From positions 1 to 40,534 of the IMG/VR virus record IMGVR_UViG_3300016484_000752: a stretch of 40,534 nt of DNA; one strand, 5' to 3'. Below the pieces are notes generated by a model. It worked only from the letters and a program-made list of their open reading frames with translations. It had not been told where the DNA came from and did no database searches. Numbering within the stretch: position 1 is the first letter of the stretch; each line of letters starts with the position of its first letter. Below are positions 9,042 to 17,446 of this stretch, one piece after another. Both the position numbers and the translations under genes were made by a program. Origin of the DNA: a virus. Its lineage: Duplodnaviria > Caudoviricetes.

Positions 9042-9550
9042 CCACCCCGCACCGCATTACCGCCATCTGGCCCGGCGCCACCGTCGCCGTGCTGGCCAGC
9101 GGGCCCAGCCTCACGCAAGACCGCGTGGCCAAGCTGCGGCGCCTGGCCACGCACGTCATCGCCGTCAACGACGCCATCCGCCTCGCGCCGTGGGCAGACA
9201 TGCTGGTGGCGCTGGACGGCAACTGGCCCGAGCACTACCGCGCCTTTGCCGGCCTGCGCGTCACCGGCGTGGCGGACGACACGCTCGACGCCCTGTACAT
9301 CGGCCCCCGGTTCGAGACCATCCGCCTGTCTGCCGGCCACCAGATCGAAGTCGCCAACAGCGGCCTCACAGCCGTGCGCCTGGCGGCAGACCTGGGCGCC
9401 GCCCGCGTGCTTCTGGCCGGCTTCGACTGGCCGGCGCAGACCGGGCACTTTTACGACGAAGTGGTTGAAGACTACCCCGGCAACGTCGAAGGCCTGGCCG
9501 CCATCGTGGCCGACCTGCGCGGGCGCGGCATAGAGGTGGACGCACCATGA
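9038..9550 (+). CDS. Sialyltransferase/Maf (DUF115)-like glycosyltransferase-fold protein
   Basis: VAVLASGPSL...VIAVND...NSGLTAVRLAADLGAARVLLAGFD...GHFYD follows the GT42/GT29/Maf motif order. ATGA overlaps on both sides. Confidence 0.7.
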   Translation: MTTPHRITAIWPGATVAVLASGPSLTQDRVAKLRRLATHVIAVNDAIRLAPWADMLVALDGNWPEHYRAFAGLRVTGVADDTLDALYIGPRFETIRLSAGHQIEVANSGLTAVRLAADLGAARVLLAGFDWPAQTGHFYDEVVEDYPGNVEGLAAIVADLRGRGIEVDAP

Positions 9551-9948
9551 GCGCCGCCGTCGCTGCCGTGCGCGCCCTGCTGGTGGCCAACGCCAGCCTG
9601 ACCGCCACCGTGCCCGCCACCCGCATCATGGCTGGCGTGCTACCCCAGGGCACCACCGTCCCGGCCATCGGCCTGACGCTCATCAGCCGCACCACCGCGC
9701 GTGACCCGGTGGCCGGCAACGCGGCCAACCTGTACACCAGCCGCGTGCAAGTCACCGTACTGGCCGGCACCTATGCTGCCCTGCGCGCCGCCGTCACGCT
9801 GGTGCTGGCCGCGCTGCCGCGCAGCCGCGGCACCTACGGCGGCGCCAAGGTGGACGCACTCATGTTCGACGCCGAAGGCCCCGAATTCATGACCGACGAA
9901 GGCATCCACCAGACCTCGGTGGACGTCATGGTCAAGACCATCGAATAA
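9547..9948 (+). CDS. Tail terminator/completion protein (DUF3168-like)
   Basis: 133 aa, RIMAGVLPQGTTVPAI...SRVQVTV. Located just before the tail tube gene. Confidence 0.8.
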   Translation: MSAAVAAVRALLVANASLTATVPATRIMAGVLPQGTTVPAIGLTLISRTTARDPVAGNAANLYTSRVQVTVLAGTYAALRAAVTLVLAALPRSRGTYGGAKVDALMFDAEGPEFMTDEGIHQTSVDVMVKTIE

Positions 9949-10004
9949 CCGGCCGGCGCCACCCATGGCGCCCACGCCGCCCCCAGATTCGCCGCAAGGC
10001 GAAC

Positions 10005-10038
10005 AGCCCGCCCGCCTGCGTCCTGCTGGCGGGCTTTT
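10005..10038 (+). terminator. Hairpin or weak terminator before the tail tube gene
   Basis: AGCCCGCC...GGCGGGCT-TTT, preceded by a TTCGCC-GCAA-GGCGAA tetraloop hairpin at 9988-10003. Confidence 0.45.
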
Positions 10039-10069
10039 GCACTTGTGACCGCAGAAAGGAAACCCTGAA

Positions 10070-10552
10070 ATGACCGAACGCACCACCGTTCAATCGATGC
10101 TCGGCGCCACCGTTGCCATCAGCGCCAGCCTCCCCGCCACCTACAACGCCGCTGGCTACGGCGCCACCGGCATGACGTACACCACCGTCGGCCAGGTCGA
10201 AAACTTTGGCAACCACGGCGTCAAGGCCAACGTGCTGACCTTCACGCCCGTCGCCACCGGCGTCATCAACAAGCTCAAGGGCAGCAAAGACTACGGACAA
10301 AAGGCCTTCGTGCTTGGCTGCCTGCCCAGCGACTCCGGCCAGGATTTGCTGCGCACCGCGTCCGAGTCCACCGCACACTACAGCGTCAAGATCACCTACC
10401 CCCTGGGCGAGGGCGAAGCCACCGGCGAGATCCACTACCTGGACGTGCTGGTCTCCAGCTTCGAGAACCAGGACGGCGACGTACAAAACGTCCGCCGCGT
10501 GGCCACCACGCTGGAAGTCTGCCGCGCCCCCGTCATCGTTGACGCCACCTGA
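10070..10552 (+). CDS. Major tail (tube) protein
   Basis: AAAGGA SD, 160 aa, VGQVENFG, KLKGSKDYG, DSGQDLLR. Position fits. Confidence 0.85.
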   Translation: MTERTTVQSMLGATVAISASLPATYNAAGYGATGMTYTTVGQVENFGNHGVKANVLTFTPVATGVINKLKGSKDYGQKAFVLGCLPSDSGQDLLRTASESTAHYSVKITYPLGEGEATGEIHYLDVLVSSFENQDGDVQNVRRVATTLEVCRAPVIVDAT

Positions 10553-10688
10553 CACCCGGTGGCTCTGATCGGCGCGCGCCGCCGGTCACCCACCGCACCC
10601 CGGCACCGGCCCGGCTGCTGTCGCCCTCGCAGGGCGCGGCGGCTGGGCACGGGCACCTGCAACCCAACCCCCTGCGAGAACACCACCC

Positions 10689-11117
10689 ATGAGCGTATCC
10701 ACCGACCACGTCCCCTTCGACGTGCGCTTTTTTGAAGCCCAGGACACCGCCACCCTTGACGTCCTCACCGTGCACGGCACGCCGCTGCTCGGCGACGGCG
10801 GCCTGCCCGTGCGCATTGAGCTCTACGGCCCCGGCAGTGAGGCCTACGCCGCCGCCACCGCCGCCGTCACCAGCGCCGTGCAGGCCCGCACCTTTGCCGC
10901 GCTGCGCGCCAAAGGCGACAAAGACACCCGCGACGCCGAACACGCCGTCGACGAAGCCACCCGCGCCAAGCTCGTGGCCTGCACCAAGGCCATCCACAAC
11001 TTCCCCGTCGCGCCGGACGCCCTGTACGCCAACCGCCGCCTGGCGTGGATCACCTCACAGGTTTCCCGGTTTGTGGAGGACTGGGGCAATTTTTTGCCCG
11101 GCTCGAAGCCGACCTGA
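10689..11117 (+). CDS. Tail assembly chaperone (gpG-like)
   Basis: Lies between tube and tape measure genes. Ends ...DWGNFLP with a slippery heptamer. Confidence 0.85.
   Translation: MSVSTDHVPFDVRFFEAQDTATLDVLTVHGTPLLGDGGLPVRIELYGPGSEAYAAATAAVTSAVQARTFAALRAKGDKDTRDAEHAVDEATRAKLVACTKAIHNFPVAPDALYANRRLAWITSQVSRFVEDWGNFLPGSKPT
11090..11096 (+). other. Programmed -1 frameshift site T TTT TTG
   Basis: In-frame AAT TTT TTG. The -1 frame stays open to 11590. Same heptamer as P2 E/E'. Confidence 0.8.
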
Positions 11118-11590
11118 CGCTGTGGGTGCGCCACGGCGCGTGGTACCACGCGCCCCTGCGCCCACCGCCTGAAGACAGCGCCAAGACCGCCCGCCAGCAC
11201 AAAGCCGCAGCGCCGCCCGCCACCCGCATCGCCAAAGCGCGCACCCAGCGCAAGCGGCCTGACTGGCAGCCCGACATGCCGCCCGTGCCGCCGTGTGCCG
11301 AGCAGCTGCTGGCCTGGCTGTTCGACGCCGGGCCCTGCATGCCGGGCGCCAACGGCCCGGTGCCACTCAGCGCACAAGAGCTGCAGGCCTGGCAGCGCGG
11401 GCAGTGCCTGCGCCTCTCGCCCTGGCAAGAGCGCACGCTGCGTCGCCTCTCGCGTGCGTACGCCGCCGAGCTCGTGACCGCCGCCGCACCCGACGCCCCA
11501 GCGCCCTGGGACTCCGGCGGCCAGGACGGCGCCCGCGTAGACATTGCCCTCGACATGCGCGCCCAGATGCGCGCCCTGGCGGCCGACTGA
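11090..11590 (+). CDS. Tail assembly chaperone extension (gpGT-like), read by -1 frameshift
   Basis: -1 frame ORF with no good start of its own: LLAWLFDAGP...ELQAWQ...LSPWQ...LRRLSRAYAAE. Confidence 0.8.
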   Translation, partial: FFARLEADLTLWVRHGAWYHAPLRPPPEDSAKTARQHKAAAPPATRIAKARTQRKRPDWQPDMPPVPPCAEQLLAWLFDAGPCMPGANGPVPLSAQELQAWQRGQCLRLSPWQERTLRRLSRAYAAELVTAAAPDAPAPWDSGGQDGARVDIALDMRAQMRALAAD

Positions 11591-11652
11591 CCACCGGCCC
11601 GCCGCCGCCTGCCACCCGCCACACCGCACCGCACCGCACGAAAGCCGCCGCC

Positions 11653-14600
11653 ATGACAGATAAGACCAACGTCGGCACCCTTGAGATCCAGCTCATGGCG
11701 GACGTGGCGCGGCTGCGCCAGGACGTGCAGCAGGGCGTCAACGTCGTCAACAAGGGCGCCGAGCAGATGCGCCAGGCGGCGCAAGCGGCACAGACCGCCC
11801 TGGGCGCCATCGGCGCCGGGCTGTCGGTGGCTGGCTTCACCGCCTTTATCAAGGCCGCCATCGACACCCTCGACAGCCTGGACGACATGGCCGAAAAGAC
11901 GGGCATCGCCGTCGAAGAGCTGGCCGCCCTGCGCTACGCCGGCGAGGTGGCCGGCACCAACACCGAAAGCCTGGCCAAAGGCATTCAAAAGCTCACGCTC
12001 AACATGGCCGCCGCGGCCGGTGGCGGCAAAGAACAGGCCGCCGTGTTTGACACCCTGGGCGTGCGCGTCAAGAACCTGGACGGCACCCTGCGCGGCACCG
12101 ACGCCGTGCTGGGCGACGTGGCCGACCGCTTCGCCAGCTTCCGCGACAGACCGGAAAAGGCCGCCCTGGCCGTCGAGCTCTTTGGCAAATCCGGCGCGGA
12201 GCTGATTCCCGTGCTCAACCGTGGTAGCGCCGGCATTGCCGACCTGCGCGCCGAAGCGCAACGCCTGGGCGTGGTCATGGATGGTGACGTGGCCGGACAG
12301 GCCGCGGCCTTCAACGATGACTTGGTGCGCATGCGCCTGAATGCCGAGGCTGCTGCAAGCACCATTGCGCGCGAGCTGCTGCCGACGCTCAACGCGCTGA
12401 CGGGCGAATTTCTGGCCGCTCAAAACGGAGAGGCTGCGTTGTCGTCTGGCATTGGCTCAGGCCTGAACACCGTGCTGCAAGCCACCAGCGTCGTGGCTGC
12501 CAACGTCTCCTTTGTGCTCAAAAGCATGGGCCGCGAGGCCGGCGCCGTTGCCGCACAAATGGCGGCCCTGGCGCGGCTGGACATTGACGGCTTCAACGCC
12601 ATCTCGGACGCCGTCAAAGAAGACGGCGTGCGCGCTCGCGCAGAGCTGGAAGACCTTGAGCGCAAGATTCTGGGGTTGCCCAGCCTGAACGCCGGTGGCG
12701 GCCGTGGCACCGCCGCCGATCCGCGTGCGCTGGGGGCCGTAGGCAGCATCAAAGAGCAGGCCGCCGCATGGGCGCTGGTGGCGCCGGTGATCCAAAAGGC
12801 CGGCGACGCCGCCCGCGCCACTGAATCCGACTACGACAAACTCATCAAGCGCATCGGCACCGACCTGGCGAAAGCCAACGCCGACGCCGCCGCCGCCCAG
12901 ATGGGCTACAACAAGGCGCAGGCCGACTTCCTGGTGCTGGCCGCATCGCCCGAATGGGCCGCGCTCACCAACCAGCAGCGCGCCACCGTGGCGGCCCTGT
13001 ATGAGCAGCGCATCGCGGCCGAGCAACTCAAAACCGCCGAAGAGACCGCCCTCAAAACCGCCCTGAAGGCCGCCGAAGACCGGCAGCATGCCCGCCAGGC
13101 CGAAGCCGCCGCCATCGCCGCGGCCGATCAAGCCCAGCGCGCCGCGTGGGCGTCAAGTCTCGCCAGCGTCAACGGCCGGCTGGAATCGCTCAAAGACGAA
13201 GCCGCCGCCGCCGACCTGGTGGCGCGCGGCAACGTCAGCCTGGCCGAAGCGGTCGAACTGGTCACCATCGCCCGCCTGCGCGAGAAGCAGGCCGGCTACC
13301 TGCCGGGCTCTGAGGCCTACGAAGCCGTCGAGCGCGAACTCGCCGCCCGGCGCGAACTGCTGGGCCTGATCGGCCAGGCCGAGGCCCGCAAGGCGAACGA
13401 AGACGCCGCCAAGAAAGCCGCTGACGACTGGCAGCGCACAGCCGGCCAAGTCAACCAAAGTCTGACAGACGCCATCATGTCAGCCGGTAAGTCAGGCGCC
13501 GAGTACCTGGCTGACTATTTCCGAACCGTCGAGCTGCGTCCTATTGTCAGCGCCGTGGTGCAGATCGGAACCACAACAATCGGCAACGCGATCGGCTTAA
13601 ACATGCCGGCCACTTCAGTCGGGCAGCTTGGCCCGCTTGGGACGGCACTGGGCCTGTCCGGCCTGCTCGGTGGCGGGCAGTCCGGCATGCTCGGCAGCCT
13701 GCTGGGCTTTGGCGGCAGCGCCGCAGCGGCCACGGGTGTGGCCACGAACATCGGCCTGGGCGTGCAGGCTGGCCTCTCCGTGGGCGAAGCCGCTGCCGCG
13801 GCCAACGCCGCCAGCGCAGCCGGCGCCAGCGCGGCCGGTGCGGGTGGGTTGTCTGGGGCCATGTCGGCCGCCGGGCCTTACCTCGCCGCCCTGGCCGTCG
13901 TGTCCAGCCTGTTCAAGGACGATTCCGGCACCTACCACACCGGCGCCAGCAGCCGCTACAGCGCCGCGCAGGGCCTGTCTGGCGCCACGCCCAACGATCA
14001 GGGCTGGTTTGCCGGCATGGCCGGCATGGCCGACGCGGTGTTCAGCGCCCAGACGCAAAGCACCACAGACACGCTGGTGAAAAGCATCGTCGGCGTGCTC
14101 GACGCCACGGCCACCAGCTTCGGCAAGCAGGCCGGCTACAGCGCCGCCACCGCCTTTGCGGACGACACCTCCAAAGACGGCGCCTGGGGCGCCCTGTCCA
14201 TCAACCTCGACGGCAAATCCATCATCGACTGGTCCGCCACCCAGACCAGCCGCTGGGCGCCCAAAGAGTTTGCCGACGGCGCCGCCGGCCAGGCGCAGTA
14301 CACGGCGGCTGTGGCCGCCAGCGTGCGCGACACCCTGCGCGCCATGGATCTGCCAGGCTGGGCCGCCAGCGTGCTTGACCAGCTGGGCAACGCCCCCACA
14401 CTGGAGGCCCTCAGCGCGGCGCTCGATGGCATCAACGCCACCCAGACGGCCATGCACCGCCTGGGCGACACCATGGGCGCCTTCGCGGGCCTGTCTGACC
14501 GATCGGTCACCGCGCTGCTGGCGGCCACGGGTGGCATCAACAACCTGGCGGCCGCGGCTGACGCGTACTACCAGACGTACTACAGCGAGTCCGAGCGCGT

Positions 14601-15507
14601 CGCCACCTCCACGCGCCAGATGACCGAAGCGCTGGCCGCCGTTGGCCTGCAGCTGCCCACCAGCACCCAGGCCCTGCGCACCATGCTGGAAACCGCCGCC
14701 GCTGCTGGTGAATCTGGCATGGCGCAGGTTGCCGCGCTGCTGCAAATCCAGGGCACCTTCCAGGCCGTCACCAAGGCCAACGCCGAGGCCGAAGCCAACC
14801 GCAAGGCGCTGGCAGCAGACCCCGTGCTGGCGGGCCTGAGCGACGCGCAGCGCGCCGCGCTGGCCGAAGCCATGGGCGGCGTCAGCGCCCTGCAAAGCGC
14901 CACGTCCAGCTACCTCGGTCGGTTCTACACCGATGCAGAGCAGGCCGCATTCAAGGCCAAAACACTGGCCGACAGCCTCGCAGAGGTGGGCCTGCAAATG
15001 CCGGCCACGGTGGGTGAGTTTGATGCCCTGCTCAAAACCAGCTTGGCGCTGGGCGACACCGACGCCGTCGCAGCCCTGCTGAAAGCATCGGACGCCTTCG
15101 ACCAAGTGGCCGCCAGCGCATCCGCCGTCACCGAAGCGGCCCTCGACCAAGCCCGAGCCAACGCCACCACCCTGGTGGACTACCAGCGCGCCGTGGCCCG
15201 CATCCGCATTGGGGAGGGCGCCGGCACCAGCGCCGCATCCACCGCGCTGCCCTCCAGCGCGCTCGGCTTCGACGCCTACACCACCAGCGCCGTGACGGCC
15301 GCCAGCTACACCGCACCCGCCGCAGTGGCCAGCACGGCGGGCGCTGACGCATCTGCCGCGCTGGCCGCCGAAGTGCGCGCCCTGCGCACTGAGGTGGAGG
15401 GCCTGCGCGCCGAAGCGCGCGCCACCGCGCTCAACACCGCCGCCACCACCCGGCTGCTGGACCGCGTCAGCGAAGGCGGCGACGCCGTGCGCACCGTGGC
15501 CGCCTGA
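11653..15507 (+). CDS. Tail tape measure protein (1284 aa)
   Basis: Long Ala-rich helical ORF. N-terminus VGTLEIQLMAD, LFGKSGAELIPVLN, Gly-rich hydrophobic middle, two ~100-aa repeats near the C-terminus. Confidence 0.93.
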   Translation: MTDKTNVGTLEIQLMADVARLRQDVQQGVNVVNKGAEQMRQAAQAAQTALGAIGAGLSVAGFTAFIKAAIDTLDSLDDMAEKTGIAVEELAALRYAGEVAGTNTESLAKGIQKLTLNMAAAAGGGKEQAAVFDTLGVRVKNLDGTLRGTDAVLGDVADRFASFRDRPEKAALAVELFGKSGAELIPVLNRGSAGIADLRAEAQRLGVVMDGDVAGQAAAFNDDLVRMRLNAEAAASTIARELLPTLNALTGEFLAAQNGEAALSSGIGSGLNTVLQATSVVAANVSFVLKSMGREAGAVAAQMAALARLDIDGFNAISDAVKEDGVRARAELEDLERKILGLPSLNAGGGRGTAADPRALGAVGSIKEQAAAWALVAPVIQKAGDAARATESDYDKLIKRIGTDLAKANADAAAAQMGYNKAQADFLVLAASPEWAALTNQQRATVAALYEQRIAAEQLKTAEETALKTALKAAEDRQHARQAEAAAIAAADQAQRAAWASSLASVNGRLESLKDEAAAADLVARGNVSLAEAVELVTIARLREKQAGYLPGSEAYEAVERELAARRELLGLIGQAEARKANEDAAKKAADDWQRTAGQVNQSLTDAIMSAGKSGAEYLADYFRTVELRPIVSAVVQIGTTTIGNAIGLNMPATSVGQLGPLGTALGLSGLLGGGQSGMLGSLLGFGGSAAAATGVATNIGLGVQAGLSVGEAAAAANAASAAGASAAGAGGLSGAMSAAGPYLAALAVVSSLFKDDSGTYHTGASSRYSAAQGLSGATPNDQGWFAGMAGMADAVFSAQTQSTTDTLVKSIVGVLDATATSFGKQAGYSAATAFADDTSKDGAWGALSINLDGKSIIDWSATQTSRWAPKEFADGAAGQAQYTAAVAASVRDTLRAMDLPGWAASVLDQLGNAPTLEALSAALDGINATQTAMHRLGDTMGAFAGLSDRSVTALLAATGGINNLAAAADAYYQTYYSESERVATSTRQMTEALAAVGLQLPTSTQALRTMLETAAAAGESGMAQVAALLQIQGTFQAVTKANAEAEANRKALAADPVLAGLSDAQRAALAEAMGGVSALQSATSSYLGRFYTDAEQAAFKAKTLADSLAEVGLQMPATVGEFDALLKTSLALGDTDAVAALLKASDAFDQVAASASAVTEAALDQARANATTLVDYQRAVARIRIGEGAGTSAASTALPSSALGFDAYTTSAVTAASYTAPAAVASTAGADASAALAAEVRALRTEVEGLRAEARATALNTAATTRLLDRVSEGGDAVRTVAA

Positions 15508-15539
15508 TGACCTGACGCCACACACACCGATCGCCCGCC

Positions 15540-17009
15540 ATGCAAGTCATCAACCCCGTCGCCGTCACCACAGCCGCCGTCCACACCCGCGCCAGCACCG
15601 GGAACGCCTGGGACGTGGCCGGCACGCTGACCAGCTACGCATCCGACGTCGCACGCTACCAGTGGAACCCCGCCACCGGCACGTTCGAGGGCGTGCTGTG
15701 GGAGCCCGCCCGCACCAACCTGTTTTTGAACAGCGCCACGCTGTCCACCCAGACCCGCACCGTCACCAGCGGCACCGTCTACACCGTCAGCTTCTACGGC
15801 ACCGGGTCATTGACCATCACCGGCACCACCACGGTGGACGGCTCCAGCGCCAGCAGCCGCGTGCTCTCCGGCACCGGCGCCACCACGCGCGTCAGCCTCA
15901 CGTTCACAGCCGGCGCGGCCAGCCTCACGTTCACCGTGGCGGGGTCGGTCACCAAAGCTAACCTGGAGGCCGGCAGCTTCGCCACCAGCTGGATCACCAC
16001 CACCGGCACCAGCGCCACCCGGGCCGCGGACACCTTCACCGGCACCGGCATGTTCAACACCACGTTTATGGACAGCACGCCGACCTACGCCGGCGGCACC
16101 ACCTACTCGCGTGGCGACGTGGTGCAGAAAGACCGGCGCCTGTACGAGAGCATGCACGCCAGCAACACCGGCAACACGCCCGTGTCCACGGCCGACGCTT
16201 ACAACCCAGGTGCCACATACACCACGGGCGACCAGGTCATGGACGACGACGGCATCGTCTACACCAGCACCAGCGCCAGCAACACCGGCAACACCCCCGC
16301 CACCACACCGGGCAGCTGGGCCATCCACTGGATCGACATCGGCCCGACGAACGACTTTGCCATGTTCGACCGCGAGCAGAGCACGTCCAGCGTCGCCAGC
16401 AACGGCTACCCCGTCTTCAGCTTCTACGTGCCGGAAGAGGTCAACGCCGTGGCCTTCCACGGCATCGAGGCTGACACCGTCCACGTCGCCGTCAGCAACG
16501 GCGCGGGCGGCCTGGCCACCCAGACCGTCACCGTGTCTGGCGGCAGCGCCTGGTGCGGCAGCCTGTCGGTACCCGGCGGCACCACCGGCGGCGCCGTGGT
16601 CAGCGTGTACCTGGAGCGCGCCGCAGGCGTCGCCACCGTCGGCGAATTTGTGCCCGGCACCATCCACACCATCGGCGAGGCGCTCACCGGCGCCAGCTAC
16701 GGCACCACCAGCTACAGCCGCAGCAAAGAAGACGCCTGGGGCCGCACCAAATGGCGCCGTGGCGGCTTTAAAAAGCTGCTGCGCGCCCCGGTGCTGATCA
16801 ACACCACCGGCAACGACGAAGACCTGAACAACATTGCCGCCTTGCTCGACTACCTGCGCGACACCCCCTGCAGCTGGAGCCTGTCGGACCAGCCGAAGTT
16901 TGCCTACATCGGCACCGTCTACGGCGTGCTGATCACCCACGACGTGGCGGTGCAGTACGAAAACGCCCAGCTGCTCAACGTCGAGATTCAGGGCCTGCTG
17001 CAGAGCTGA
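15540..17009 (+). CDS. Tail tip protein (Dit-like scaffold) with an inserted fibre-like domain and two CBM5/12-like repeats
   Basis: First gene after TMP. WEPARTNLFLNS...LEAGSFATSWITT..TRAAD; repeats YAGGTTYSRGDVV and YNPGATYTTGDQV; WIDIGPTNDFAMFD; C-terminal SYSRSKEDAWG...EIQGL. Confidence 0.65.
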   Translation: MQVINPVAVTTAAVHTRASTGNAWDVAGTLTSYASDVARYQWNPATGTFEGVLWEPARTNLFLNSATLSTQTRTVTSGTVYTVSFYGTGSLTITGTTTVDGSSASSRVLSGTGATTRVSLTFTAGAASLTFTVAGSVTKANLEAGSFATSWITTTGTSATRAADTFTGTGMFNTTFMDSTPTYAGGTTYSRGDVVQKDRRLYESMHASNTGNTPVSTADAYNPGATYTTGDQVMDDDGIVYTSTSASNTGNTPATTPGSWAIHWIDIGPTNDFAMFDREQSTSSVASNGYPVFSFYVPEEVNAVAFHGIEADTVHVAVSNGAGGLATQTVTVSGGSAWCGSLSVPGGTTGGAVVSVYLERAAGVATVGEFVPGTIHTIGEALTGASYGTTSYSRSKEDAWGRTKWRRGGFKKLLRAPVLINTTGNDEDLNNIAALLDYLRDTPCSWSLSDQPKFAYIGTVYGVLITHDVAVQYENAQLLNVEIQGLLQS

Positions 17010-17056
17010 CGCCACCCGCCACCACACACCACCCAGACCCCAGGAGCACCCACACC

Positions 17057-17446
17057 ATGACCACCCCCACCCTCGGCACCAAAGGCGCGGCCCTGAACCT
17101 GCTGGTGCGCCAGGGCGCCACCTACGGCCCGCAGAACATGCTGATCAAAGGCAGCGACAGCCTGCCCATCGACGTCACCGGCTACACCTTCCGCGGCCAG
17201 GTGCGCAAAGAAAGCGACAGCGCCAGCGTCGCGGCCAGCATCACCTTTGTGGTCAACGACGCAGCCAACGGCGACGTGTCCTGGAGCATCGCCGCCACCG
17301 CCACCGCCAGCCTCACCTGCGACCCTGACGACGAAACGGTCGAGGCGTCGCAGTACGTGTATGACATCGAAATGGAATCCGGCGCCGGCGTGGTCACGCC
17401 GCTGCTGTACGGCACCGTCAGCGTCTACCGCGAGGTGACCAAGTGA
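17057..17446 (+). CDS. Fibre attachment/collar protein (BppU-N / T5 p132-like)
   Basis: AGGAG SD, 129 aa: LLVRQGATY, PIDVTGYTFRGQVRK, YVYDIEM, LLYGTVSVYREVT. Confidence 0.65.
   Translation: MTTPTLGTKGAALNLLVRQGATYGPQNMLIKGSDSLPIDVTGYTFRGQVRKESDSASVAASITFVVNDAANGDVSWSIAATATASLTCDPDDETVEASQYVYDIEMESGAGVVTPLLYGTVSVYREVTK

Noticed and set aside
5335-11640. Short (ACCGC)n runs before the capsid (~5340) and tape measure (~11622) genes
   Set aside because: Only 2-3 units on a C/A-rich strand. Not distinguishable from compositional bias.
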